Shown here piece after piece: positions 23,250-32,243 of a stretch of 38,415 bases of DNA. This DNA is from a bacterium. Lineage in GTDB: Bacteria > Patescibacteriota > JACMRA01. The first letter of the stretch is position 1. Every line of letters starts with the position of its first letter. The notes beneath the pieces were generated by a model. The model did not search any database and was not told where the DNA came from. It saw only the letters and a program-made list of their open reading frames with translations. The position numbers were made by a program, and so were the translations under genes. Where the stretch lies: contig JAYUIW010000083.1 of assembly GCA_043765655.1 (NCBI GenBank), forward strand, positions 1-38,415, in the 5' to 3' direction.

Positions 23250-24353
23250 CTACCTAAAGATTAGACCAAGAACCAAAGCCAGTAGACTAAACAAAGTCGA
23301 AATAATCCAGTATCTTGCAACGATTTTGGTGTTTGACCAGCCTTTGGCTTGAAAGTGGTGATGAATCGGAGCTGCCAAAAAAACTTTTTTCTTGAATACT
23401 TTTTTGGAAAATATCTGAATAATATTAGAACCTGCAGTAATTATCGGCATTATACAGGCAATTGGAATCAAGTATACATATCCTGTTAGAATTGCCACAG
23501 AGCCAAGAGTCAGGACCAAACATAACGATCCAGTATCGCCCATTATGAACCGCGCCGGTGGAAGATTGAACCATAGATAGCTCATCATCGAACCGACAAT
23601 CACCATCAAAAAAGTAGCAATGTCGTAGAATCCCTTACCAAAAGAAAGATAAGCAAAACAGATATAAATCGGTATAAAAACACCTGCTGCCAAGCCATCA
23701 ATTCCATCAATTACACTCGTTCCCCATAGTCCAACCAGAGTTATTACAGTTATCGGAATTATCAACCAATTAAGGTTGAGTCCCAAAATATTCCAGTCCA
23801 AGAAAATCAAGTCCCACCCAAAAAATCTAATCTTAGTAATCTCCAGCTTATTCCAAAACCACCAACCAATACCGAGACTAAGCACAAAAACCATTATTAA
23901 TCTGTGGCGAAGTTTGAGACCGCCGCCGTGGTAATTGCCTCCACCTTCCATTGTAGATAGTGCATCATCAATCAGTCCGAACATCGCTCCGAAGTATAAT
24001 GTCGCCAGTGGAATGAAGGTTTCACGTCTATCAATAATATTCAAGAATTGCAAGGTTTTGTTCTCAGGAGATAGCTTAAGTATTATCCAAAAAAACAAAC
24101 TAAAACCAATTGTGGTCAAACTAATCAGTAGCCCACCTGCACGGGGAACAGTAGTTTCGTTCTTAGATGAAGATTGTACCGAATATACTAATTCTTCGCC
24201 AGTTGTGGACAAGGTTCTAACTTTTTTCTTCCAGAATTTGAGGTTTTTGAGAATTTTGATAAGCGTTGGTGCCCACCATAACGATATAACAAAACTAAAA
24301 CTAAAATAAGTTAGTGTTTTGGCTAGTTCTAGATATATTTTGGTGTCGTTCAT
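23250..24353 (-). CDS. mraY: Phospho-N-acetylmuramoyl-pentapeptide transferase
   Basis: IDGIDGLA, MGDTGS and APIHHHF motifs. A multi-pass membrane protein. Confidence 0.9.
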   Translation of the reverse strand: MNDTKIYLELAKTLTYFSFSFVISLWWAPTLIKILKNLKFWKKKVRTLSTTGEELVYSVQSSSKNETTVPRAGGLLISLTTIGFSLFFWIILKLSPENKTLQFLNIIDRRETFIPLATLYFGAMFGLIDDALSTMEGGGNYHGGGLKLRHRLIMVFVLSLGIGWWFWNKLEITKIRFFGWDLIFLDWNILGLNLNWLIIPITVITLVGLWGTSVIDGIDGLAAGVFIPIYICFAYLSFGKGFYDIATFLMVIVGSMMSYLWFNLPPARFIMGDTGSLCLVLTLGSVAILTGYVYLIPIACIMPIITAGSNIIQIFSKKVFKKKVFLAAPIHHHFQAKGWSNTKIVARYWIISTLFSLLALVLGLIFR

Positions 24354-24359
24354 AACTGT

Positions 24360-25271
24360 TTATTTTTGCACATCAAAAAACTTGGACATTATCATCTGCA
24401 CAATCTGATCTGGAGTGAGATCGCTTGTATTCACAATCCACGAGTCAGAAGTTATAGATTCCAGATTATTTTTAATATCATTTTCATAATCTTGGTAGTT
24501 ACGATCTACCATATTTTTTTGGAATTCAGTTTGAATTGTATTAATAAGTACAGGATTGTTGTTCAAAGAGATTTCTAGTGAATTCGGCTCCAGATTATTG
24601 CGTTCTAGATAAGCCTTGGCGTATCTCTTGTAATTTTCTTTTTGGCTAACCCAGAAGAATAGCTTGATAACCTCGAAGCCTAGATTTTCGGCAAGCTTGA
24701 TATATGGAGTGTTGAATCCGCGACCATCCAGAATAATAGTAGAATCAATGAAGTTCTCGATAATGTAGCTTACTTTGTCGTAGTAACAAGCTCGAAAGAA
24801 CTGATCTCCAGAAAATATGGCAACTTTGGTTTGGACTTGATTGGATCGAAGTTCTAGATTAGTTAGAAGTTGATCTTCCCAAAAAATCTGGAGTTGAAGA
24901 TTCTCATGTTTTAATTTAATCTTCTCAAAGACAATTCGGGTATTCTCGTCATTAAAGTCTAAACCAAGTTCAGTATAAATCCAAGTCGCAGCTCGCAATA
25001 TTCCAGAAGTCTCTAAGTGTCCGATGTGTAATAACTCTGAGATTTTGGTGCTAATTGTACCTTTGCCACTACCAGCCAAGCCCGAGATCCTAATAATTCT
25101 TTTTTGGTTGTCAAGCTTAACTTTACTGATGTCAAAATTAGTAGTTGAAGCTTCGTACTCCAAAACTTTGGCAATATTATTGGGAAAAGGTGATAAGTCA
25201 ATTGTACTTTGTTTCATATTCTTAATTATGGCTAGTATTGAAGATTTGGTCAAACAAAGTTTTGTACACAA
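24360..25271 (-). CDS. cmk: Cytidylate kinase-like protein with an extended C-terminal half
   Basis: P-loop ISGLAGSGKGTIS, then ..LETSGILRAATW and ILDGRGFNT (Cmk ..DTGAMYRA.. / DGRD..). The annotated TTG start overlaps a terminator. The ATG at 25217 (MKQSTIDL) is the more likely start. Confidence 0.65.
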   Translation of the reverse strand: MCTKLCLTKSSILAIIKNMKQSTIDLSPFPNNIAKVLEYEASTTNFDISKVKLDNQKRIIRISGLAGSGKGTISTKISELLHIGHLETSGILRAATWIYTELGLDFNDENTRIVFEKIKLKHENLQLQIFWEDQLLTNLELRSNQVQTKVAIFSGDQFFRACYYDKVSYIIENFIDSTIILDGRGFNTPYIKLAENLGFEVIKLFFWVSQKENYKRYAKAYLERNNLEPNSLEISLNNNPVLINTIQTEFQKNMVDRNYQDYENDIKNNLESITSDSWIVNTSDLTPDQIVQMIMSKFFDVQK

Positions 25272-25295
25272 AAAAATAACCCTAAATTAATAGGG
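25266..25295 (-). terminator. Rho-independent terminator (minus strand) downstream of the surface-protein gene and R8 copy 2
   Basis: On the minus strand, hairpin CCCTA-TTAATT-TAGGG (25280-25295) is followed by TTATTTTTTTG. Confidence 0.5.
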
Positions 25296-25297
25296 CT

Positions 25298-25413
25298 GTA
25301 TACCAATATCACTTTCAACTTTTACAAAATACCTTTCAAAAAGCAAATAAATTACTTTACTTCAAAGTATTTTTGAGTAAAAGTCAGTCAAAGTTAATAT
25401 GGGTTTTGGTATA
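25298..25413 (+). repeat. R8 copy 2: same orientation as copies 1 and 3, but both flanking genes are on the minus strand
   Basis: Nearly identical to copy 1 except for the central ~15 nt. Confidence 0.85.
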
Positions 25414-25494
25414 TTTTTTAATCTGATAAGTTTTTAACACCAAACAAAAATTATTTTAAACAATATCAAGATTGCCCTAATTAATTAACCAAAA

Positions 25495-26739
25495 TTAGTT
25501 AAATTTAATTTTCTTTTTTGATACAGTTTTGAATCCAACTAATGCAATTATTGATGCAATTAGTGAGACAATAGCAATCTGCACACTGAAACCTCCAGTT
25601 GTTACAGTTCTACTGATTGGAGAAACCGAAGTTGTAGTTGTCATTACTTTTTTTGGCTCTTCATCAGCGGAAGCTACTTTGTTCGAAGTAGTAGTAGTTG
25701 CAGGCTTATTCTCTGATTGAATATTAGCTTGATTATTAGTTGTAGCTTTATTTTCTGGTTGAATGTTAGCCTGTGGTTGAGTTGTTGCACTCGAAGTATT
25801 AGACTGGTTTGTATTAACTACAATAACAGTACCAGTTGTATTAGTGTTAGAAGTTGAAGGTGGGGTTACAGTGGTTCCACTACCAAAATTAGTTGGTACA
25901 TTAACTGTAGCCGGAGTAGCTCCTGTAACTGATAATACACCTGTTCTAGCTCCTGTCAAAGTTCCTGCTGGAATTGTTTGACCTGCATTTGGTACGAAGT
26001 TACCGTTAACAATGGTTCCTGTAATTGGAGTTGTTGCTCCTGCTGGAAGAAAAGTAGCAACTGTGCCGTTGGGCATGTTACCTCCTGTCAAGGCAATAGT
26101 TGTAGCTGCTGATCCTAAGGCTCCTGTAATTGGATTACTGGTTGTCGCTGTTGGAGTTCCTGCTGTTGAAACAGTGGTTGTTGCGCCTCTGCAATCAGTT
26201 GTCACATATGTTACAGTTTGGTTCATCGGTGTCAAGCCTTCTTCGGTTGAAAAGTACAAGTTTTTTACTAAGGTTAATGCTGTCGAGCCGCTACCAGTTT
26301 TGTCTAGTTTTACTTTTCCAATTAATTCTGGAATTGCTGAGATTTGGGTTGATCCTGCAACTGTTCCATCACCTGAATAAGTGATTGGCATTGTCCATGT
26401 ATCAGTTGTTCCTCCAACTGCATTCCATTTTAGTGGCAAATAGTTACCAGAATTATAAACACCTCTTTCAAGAATTGTTGGGTTTGGGGTTAATGCTGAT
26501 GGTGTGTATTTGAACCAAGTGCTTGCATTTCCCATGTGTAAAGTTGTATCGTCAGTTTTGATACATACTGATAATTCGATAGCAGTTCCAGTATCGACTT
26601 GACCAATAATTAAGTTGGCTGTATTATTGACCGATTGTGCACTTGTCGCAATTGACGCGATAGATACAAAAGCAACCAAAAAAGTCATTGCTGAAAAAGT
26701 AAGATTTTTACTAATTGTTTGTAATTTGTTTTTAGTCAT
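25495..26739 (-). CDS. Secreted, Thr-rich cell-surface protein with a C-terminal membrane anchor / sorting-signal-like tail
   Basis: Signal peptide (..FLVAFVSIASIATSAQS), a ~125-aa beta-rich N-domain, and long T/S/N/P-rich linkers. C-terminus: ..RTVTTGG plus a hydrophobic helix plus KKKIKFN. Confidence 0.75.
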   Translation of the reverse strand: MTKNKLQTISKNLTFSAMTFLVAFVSIASIATSAQSVNNTANLIIGQVDTGTAIELSVCIKTDDTTLHMGNASTWFKYTPSALTPNPTILERGVYNSGNYLPLKWNAVGGTTDTWTMPITYSGDGTVAGSTQISAIPELIGKVKLDKTGSGSTALTLVKNLYFSTEEGLTPMNQTVTYVTTDCRGATTTVSTAGTPTATTSNPITGALGSAATTIALTGGNMPNGTVATFLPAGATTPITGTIVNGNFVPNAGQTIPAGTLTGARTGVLSVTGATPATVNVPTNFGSGTTVTPPSTSNTNTTGTVIVVNTNQSNTSSATTQPQANIQPENKATTNNQANIQSENKPATTTTSNKVASADEEPKKVMTTTTSVSPISRTVTTGGFSVQIAIVSLIASIIALVGFKTVSKKKIKFN

Positions 26740-26777
26740 AATATTTTTTATTTATATTTTTGTTATGATTTTTATTT

Positions 26778-27644
26778 TTATATATTTTCCAAGGCTTCTT
26801 GGGCTAGGGATGATAAGGTTCTATCAAGAGAATCTACAGTACCATCTAGATTGACGTCTGCTTTGTCATAGACATTAAGTGATTCTACTGCATTCTTGGA
26901 TAGTGTTCTATCAAGAGAATCTACAGTATCGTCTGAACTAATGTTAGCCATTCGCATTGCGTACAGATCTTGGCTAGAAGAATTGGTTCCAACTTTGAGT
27001 TGGTTTTGACCTCTGACATTTATGTTTTGAGTAAGATCGATTGTAGATATTGCGTTGGTTGTTAAGGTTGCATTACTATCAGTTGCTATCGCCAAATGAT
27101 TTCTGTGTCTTACGATTACTTTGTAATCACCAGTTGTTGTAACGCTTGGTAATGACAAAGTTGTTGCAGACGCCGTTGAATCAACTACACTGCCGTTCGA
27201 CTTTAGTAATCCTGCTTTTTTGGCAACTGTAGCTCCAGTAGAATTTTTGACTTCTACCAAAACCCAGTCGACTACATCAGTTGCAAAAGCTGTTGCACTT
27301 TCGGTTCCAGAGTATAGGTAAGGAGCTGCACTATATGGTTGAGCTGTGGGAATTATATTGGCTAATTGTAAGCTTGTAGTCATCGTATCGCTAGAATCAA
27401 CAAAGTTTCCTGATAAAAGAACCTTGAGATTAAGTGATGTCGAAGTTACAGCATTATTACAATTTAGATTTCCATATTCACCTGAACCATATGGACAACT
27501 TCCGTATCCTAGAGCTATAGCTTGTGCAATTACTTTGACAACAGGTTGTACAATTCTTGGATTACCAATAACAAAATATCCAAATGCAAAACTACAAATT
27601 ACTAAAACTGTAGAGATTAATTTTGAGGAATTTAGGTTTTTCAT
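26778..27644 (-). CDS. Secreted protein with two C-terminal dockerin-type (EF-hand-like) repeats
   Basis: Signal peptide. VDWVLVEVK...VIVRHRNHL core, as seen in uncharacterised secreted proteins. C-terminal SSDDTVDSLDRTLS and DVNLDGTVDSLDRTLS fit D.N.DG.....D. The DNA repeat TTCTATCAAGAGAATCTACAGTA occurs twice (about 26820 and 26900). Confidence 0.75.
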   Translation of the reverse strand: MKNLNSSKLISTVLVICSFAFGYFVIGNPRIVQPVVKVIAQAIALGYGSCPYGSGEYGNLNCNNAVTSTSLNLKVLLSGNFVDSSDTMTTSLQLANIIPTAQPYSAAPYLYSGTESATAFATDVVDWVLVEVKNSTGATVAKKAGLLKSNGSVVDSTASATTLSLPSVTTTGDYKVIVRHRNHLAIATDSNATLTTNAISTIDLTQNINVRGQNQLKVGTNSSSQDLYAMRMANISSDDTVDSLDRTLSKNAVESLNVYDKADVNLDGTVDSLDRTLSSLAQEALENI

Positions 27645-27652
27645 AGAATTTA

Positions 27653-28417
27653 TTATTTGTTTTTATTACTGCTGTTAGAGCTTAGCCACAGCGAGATTTC
27701 GAATAATGTTAATACTGGAACAACAGTTAATATCCATGTTAGAATATCGGGAGATCCGAATACTGCAGTGAATATAAAAGCTGCCAAGTAGATTTCACGG
27801 CGTTTGGATTGGACTTGAGCTTTGGTTACTAATCCTGATTTGATAAGTACAAAGACCATTACTGGAGTTTGGAATGTTACAATTAGAACTAATAACATAC
27901 TAACCAAGAATCCAGAATATCCTTCTGCCGTTAATAACAATGAAGTCTGCGGTGGAGCGAAGCTAACCAAAAAATGAAATATTGATGGAATTAGAATGAT
28001 CCAGCCATAGACGATTGCTACAATTGACAATATTGCAGTAACCCAAAAATAGTTTTTGATAATTTTTCGCTCTGTCTCTAATAGGGCATCTTTGAGATAA
28101 TACCAAAAAGAAACAACTTGGAAAGGTAGTGAAATTATAAAACCTGAGATTGTGTAGATTTTGATATAAAACATCAAACTATCAATCGGATTCAAAAAAT
28201 GTAGTGAAAGGTTATTCGACTTCAAAGGATTAATATAAAAATCGTAGATTTGGTTCTGAAAAAAATAAGTTATTATAATTCCCACAACCCAACCCAGAAT
28301 GACCTTAATGAATAAATTTTTAAAACCCAAAAAACCTTTACGCAGTGTTTGAATAGTTTCAGAATTTGCTACATTCCCCAAAAAATTAGAATCTTGGTTA
28401 GCTGTAATCTGATCCAT
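27653..28417 (-). CDS. tatC: Twin-arginine translocase subunit TatC
   Basis: Six-TM protein of TatC length and pattern, directly downstream of tatA. Confidence 0.8.
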   Translation of the reverse strand: MDQITANQDSNFLGNVANSETIQTLRKGFLGFKNLFIKVILGWVVGIIITYFFQNQIYDFYINPLKSNNLSLHFLNPIDSLMFYIKIYTISGFIISLPFQVVSFWYYLKDALLETERKIIKNYFWVTAILSIVAIVYGWIILIPSIFHFLVSFAPPQTSLLLTAEGYSGFLVSMLLVLIVTFQTPVMVFVLIKSGLVTKAQVQSKRREIYLAAFIFTAVFGSPDILTWILTVVPVLTLFEISLWLSSNSSNKNK

Positions 28418-28425
28418 AATACTAA

Positions 28426-28659
28426 TTATTTAGCTTTAGAAACAGTTTTTTTGTAGGCTTCGGTTGACACGGATTCACCGGCAGTAACCTCGGACTGTTC
28501 AAGTTGTACTGATTCAGTAACAGAAGACATCTCTTCTTTGAACGCTCTTATGGACTTTCCGAATGAACGCGCTGTTGCTGGCAAATTGTCTTTTCCGAAG
28601 AAAATAACCAAAAGTACTCCAATAATAAGCAAAGCTGTTGGGCTTGGTGCGTGAAACAT
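28426..28659 (-). CDS. tatA: Twin-arginine translocase subunit TatA/E
   Basis: Single N-terminal TM helix followed by FGKDNLPATARSFGKSIRAFKEE (FG..KLP..G..G...R.FK hinge/amphipathic motif). Confidence 0.8.
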   Translation of the reverse strand: MFHAPSPTALLIIGVLLVIFFGKDNLPATARSFGKSIRAFKEEMSSVTESVQLEQSEVTAGESVSTEAYKKTVSKAK

Positions 28660-28952
28660 ATGTGTATTTGTTTGTGTTTATAATTTTTGTTTGTGTGTTT
28701 GTTTTAACACTTACTAATAAGTATACATCATATTTTTTCTTTTTGCAAATAGTGTGTGTAAAATAGTTATTTTTTGGCTTATTGTTCAATATTTTAGCTG
28801 ATATTTTGGTTGAGCTCGACTGTCATTAATTTCTAATTTACCTTAGTTTTTTGGTTGATCACCAAATATGGTTCAAATTAATATAGTTCAAACATTAAGA
28901 ATTGACAATTATTATAAGATAGGGCATACTAAAATAGATAAGTCACAACAAA

Positions 28953-29070
28953 GTACACCGATATCACTTTCAACTTTTACAAAATATTCTTTAAAAAAAT
29001 GACTAAATACCCTTATTTAAAAATATTTTTGAGTCAAAGTCAGTCAAAGTTCATATGGGTTTTTGGTGCA
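28953..29070 (+). repeat. R8 copy 3: 77 nt upstream of glyA
   Basis: Shares ATATCACTTTCAACTTTTACAAAA and TATTTTTGAGT.AAAGTCAGTCAAAGTTCATATGGGTTT with copies 1 and 2. The centre and outer stem differ but still pair. Confidence 0.85.
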
Positions 29071-29146
29071 ACAAATTCTATTTTGACAAAAATTTCACTT
29101 TTTTGAATCTTAACTCGTCATTCTTAATTTTAATATTCCCAATTTT

Positions 29147-30454
29147 ATGTCTCACTCAACACTCAACGCCGACACCAACTTTATCCAACATCTTACAGCT
29201 CACGAATACGATCGCCAACGTGATTCTATCTCATTAATCGCCTCCGAGAACACACCATCGCCTAAGGTTATTGACTGTCTTGGTGGTATTAATCCCGAGG
29301 GAATTCGCTCGCTGTGGTCCAACAAGTATGGCGAAGGTTACCCTGGCAAACGCTACTACGCAGGCAATCAATATACGGATGAACTAGAATCCTTTGTCCA
29401 AAAAAAAGCCTTAGAAGTCTTCGGGCCAGTGGCAGTCGAGGAATACGCTGTTAATCTTCAGATGAATGCAGGCTCAATGGCCAATATGATGGTTTATCTC
29501 TCGGTTCTAGAATACGGCGATATGGTTGTCTCGCTGAACGTTGCCAACGGTGGACACATCTCTCACCTGCATACAACTAGTGCCTGGAACAAGTTCTTCA
29601 AGTACGCTAACTATGATCTAGTAGAAACTGAGCCGAATACCTTCGAAATCGACTACCAAGACTATTGCCAAAAAATCTTAGACAACAAGCCAAAACTGGT
29701 AATTATCGGTTGTTCGTCTTATCCTCGGGAAATCAAAAATTACAAAGAGATGATTGAGTTCGCCCACGCCAATGGAGCTCTGGTTCTATGTGATATTGCT
29801 CATATTAATGGTCTAGTTGCGGCTGGACTACACGCTACGCCTTTTTTGAGTGGAGTTAGTGGAGCTGACTTTGTATCGATGACTACTCACAAGACTTTCC
29901 GTGGCCCGCGTGGTGCGATGCTGTTTTTCAAAAAAGAATTCGAAACTGTAGTCAACAAAACAGTCTTCCCTGGAACTTCGGGTGGTCCGCACTTTAACAA
30001 AATTGCTGGTATCGGACAAGCTTGTCTGGAGATCCTTGGCGAAGATGTGTATCCTGATGGACGCGACTTCAAGACTTATTCCGCTGATGTTCTACGCCAA
30101 ACCAAGTTACTAGAAACTACACTTGTCAACGCTGGTCTCAAGATTATCTCTCCGACAGAGACTCACTTAATGTTATGTGTGCTTCCTGATGAATCTGACT
30201 CTCTAGTTACCCAAAAAAGTCTTGATGAAATCGACATTGTCTGTAACCGCAACTCTATTCCTTTTGAGAAAAAATCAATGTGGAAACCTTCGGGCTTGAG
30301 ATTAGGAACCGCCGCTGTAACTAGTCGTGGAATTAGCGATGAACAAATCGTCGAACTAGGTAACATTATTGCAGATTGTGTCAAAGGTGGCGACAAAGTC
30401 GAACTATCAACTAGAGTCAAACAAATTGTAGACAATATTAACTGGTGGTATTAA
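29147..30454 (+). CDS. glyA: Serine hydroxymethyltransferase
   Basis: SLIASEN, the PLP-lysine motif TTHKTFRGPRG, and overall SHMT collinearity. Confidence 0.95.
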   Translation: MSHSTLNADTNFIQHLTAHEYDRQRDSISLIASENTPSPKVIDCLGGINPEGIRSLWSNKYGEGYPGKRYYAGNQYTDELESFVQKKALEVFGPVAVEEYAVNLQMNAGSMANMMVYLSVLEYGDMVVSLNVANGGHISHLHTTSAWNKFFKYANYDLVETEPNTFEIDYQDYCQKILDNKPKLVIIGCSSYPREIKNYKEMIEFAHANGALVLCDIAHINGLVAAGLHATPFLSGVSGADFVSMTTHKTFRGPRGAMLFFKKEFETVVNKTVFPGTSGGPHFNKIAGIGQACLEILGEDVYPDGRDFKTYSADVLRQTKLLETTLVNAGLKIISPTETHLMLCVLPDESDSLVTQKSLDEIDIVCNRNSIPFEKKSMWKPSGLRLGTAAVTSRGISDEQIVELGNIIADCVKGGDKVELSTRVKQIVDNINWWY

Positions 30455-30473
30455 TTATTTTATTTTTTAACAC

Positions 30474-30946
30474 AAAATCCCCGAGTCACTAGGCTCACCT
30501 CCATCATACTGTCATTCTGAACTCGTCGTGCTAAAACCTATCGTCGGAACAAGTCCGACTTGCAACCAGTTACTTTTCAGGATCTAAAAAACTCCAAATT
30601 AGTTGTCATTCTGAGCGTAGCAAAGAATCCCCTGTTGTACACAATACACTCCAACCATGTCATCCTGAACTTGTTTCAGGATCTAAAAAAGTTATTAATA
30701 AGTTTCAGGATCTAAATTTGAGGTTTCGTAAATGAGGATATTAAGTTAGTTATACCCGTTTTATTATTTATCTTCCAAAATAAAATCCCCGAGCCATTCG
30801 GCTCACCCCTTTGGACACGTGCGTCGCCGTATCAAGTACGGCTGTACCAGTATCTTCAAAAAGGGGTAACAACCCCGAAGGCTTTGCCTTCACCTCCCCC
30901 CTGCACATGCATCGCCGTATCAAGTAAGGCTTTACCAGATCAAAAA
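30474..30946 (+). repeat. Hairpin-module array. R3(partial)30474-30505, R2L 30509-30586, R1 30603-30639, R2 30658-30690, half-R2 30702-30716, R3 with R5 insert 30782-30870, R6 30873-30897, R5-variant 30896-30946
   Basis: All modules are in + orientation. The array fills the glyA to pseudouridine-synthase gap. Confidence 0.85.
30509..30586 (+). repeat. R2L copy 4
   Basis: CTGTCATTCTGAACTCGTCGTGCTAAAACCTATCGTCGGAACAAGTCCGACTTGCAACCAGTTACTTTTCAGGATCTA. Confidence 0.85.
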
Positions 30947-31031
30947 TCTCACTATTTTTACAGCTTAACTTTGTTTTACAACCCCATAATTACCATCCCA
31001 ACAAAAAACCCTTTTTCCTAACAATCACACC

Positions 31032-32102
31032 ATGAAAACACGCCTTCACAAATACCTCGCAAACTATCTCCAATCAATTGGCGAGCTGGGTTATACCGTC
31101 CCCGAAATCAAACGCAACATCGAAAGCTGTGGAGTAATTCTCAACGGAACATTAACAAAACGCCAGTTGGAATGGGCTTTTGACGGGTCTAGTATCGAAC
31201 TATTGAATTGGCCCAAGCGAGTTATGGGCGACACTTCTTTGATCCAGATAATCCACGAAGACGAATTCTGTATTGTTATTAATAAGCCTTTTGGGCTGGT
31301 GGTCGAGCCTGGAGCTGGGCACGTTCTAGATAATGTTACCACTTGGTTGATGGATAATTACCCCAATCAGAACTTTGAGAAGATCTACAAAGCCAGCGAT
31401 CTTACCGATTTGTACAAGAAATATGGCATCGAGACTAGAGATATGAAATCTTCTGACGATAATTCTTCCACTAGGAGTTTTGCACTACCCAAAACTGGAA
31501 TGGTGCACCGAATCGACAAGAACACTCAGGGAATTCTTTTGATAGCCAAAAGCTTAGAATACTATGTTTTTTTTCAGAAGCAGTTCCGAGAGCACACCAT
31601 CCTCAAAAAATACTTAGCAATAGCGCAGGGTGTAGTCGACCACAAATACGACGTTCATAACTACCAAAGTCGTGATTACAGCAATCCGATTCGCAATAGG
31701 CTTTTTTGGACGCACAAAGACGCTATGAATTACAGTGTAGATTCTCGTGACGCTCATAGTTATATTACGCCTGTTTTGTCATGTGCAGAACTAAACCAAA
31801 CCTTAGTGGAAGTGCAGATTATGACTGGTAGAATGCACCAAATTCGCCTACAATGTGAGGCTCTAGGTTTTCCTTTAGTTGGTGATAATGTCTACAAATC
31901 TAACTCCACGATTCTGTATGATTTTGACCTTAACCCGAAGAACTCTCGAACTTTAACAAACCCAAAAATTCAAGGTTTAACTAAAGAAAGCTTCTTTGAT
32001 CTCAAACAAAACTACTTCGGCGATCACAAGTATTGCCTAATTAGTAATCAGATGAGCTTTATGTTACCTAACGCCAAAAAGCTTGAGTTGAAGATTAATT
32101 AG
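31032..32102 (+). CDS. RluA-family pseudouridine synthase (RluD-like) with insertions
   Basis: S4-like N-terminus, the catalytic motif HRIDKNTQGILLIAK (HRLD..TSG), and the C-terminal ..GRMHQIR.. motif. Confidence 0.85.
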   Translation: MKTRLHKYLANYLQSIGELGYTVPEIKRNIESCGVILNGTLTKRQLEWAFDGSSIELLNWPKRVMGDTSLIQIIHEDEFCIVINKPFGLVVEPGAGHVLDNVTTWLMDNYPNQNFEKIYKASDLTDLYKKYGIETRDMKSSDDNSSTRSFALPKTGMVHRIDKNTQGILLIAKSLEYYVFFQKQFREHTILKKYLAIAQGVVDHKYDVHNYQSRDYSNPIRNRLFWTHKDAMNYSVDSRDAHSYITPVLSCAELNQTLVEVQIMTGRMHQIRLQCEALGFPLVGDNVYKSNSTILYDFDLNPKNSRTLTNPKIQGLTKESFFDLKQNYFGDHKYCLISNQMSFMLPNAKKLELKIN

Positions 32103-32243
32103 ACTAAAAAATCCAAATTGGACCAAAGTAAGAACTTTGACGAGCTGATGAAAATCTGACATAATTGTAATATCAAAATATGGTAAACAAAGATAATTCT
32201 TACCAGTTTTTATATCTATTAATTAATGCTCAAACATTCGTAA

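Noticed and set aside
25495-28659. The two secreted proteins as substrates of the adjacent TatAC translocase
   Set aside because: Neither signal peptide contains a twin-arginine (S/T-R-R-x-F-L-K) motif (MKNLNSSKLIST.. and MTKNKLQTISKNL..). They look Sec-type, so the adjacency is probably just operon packing.
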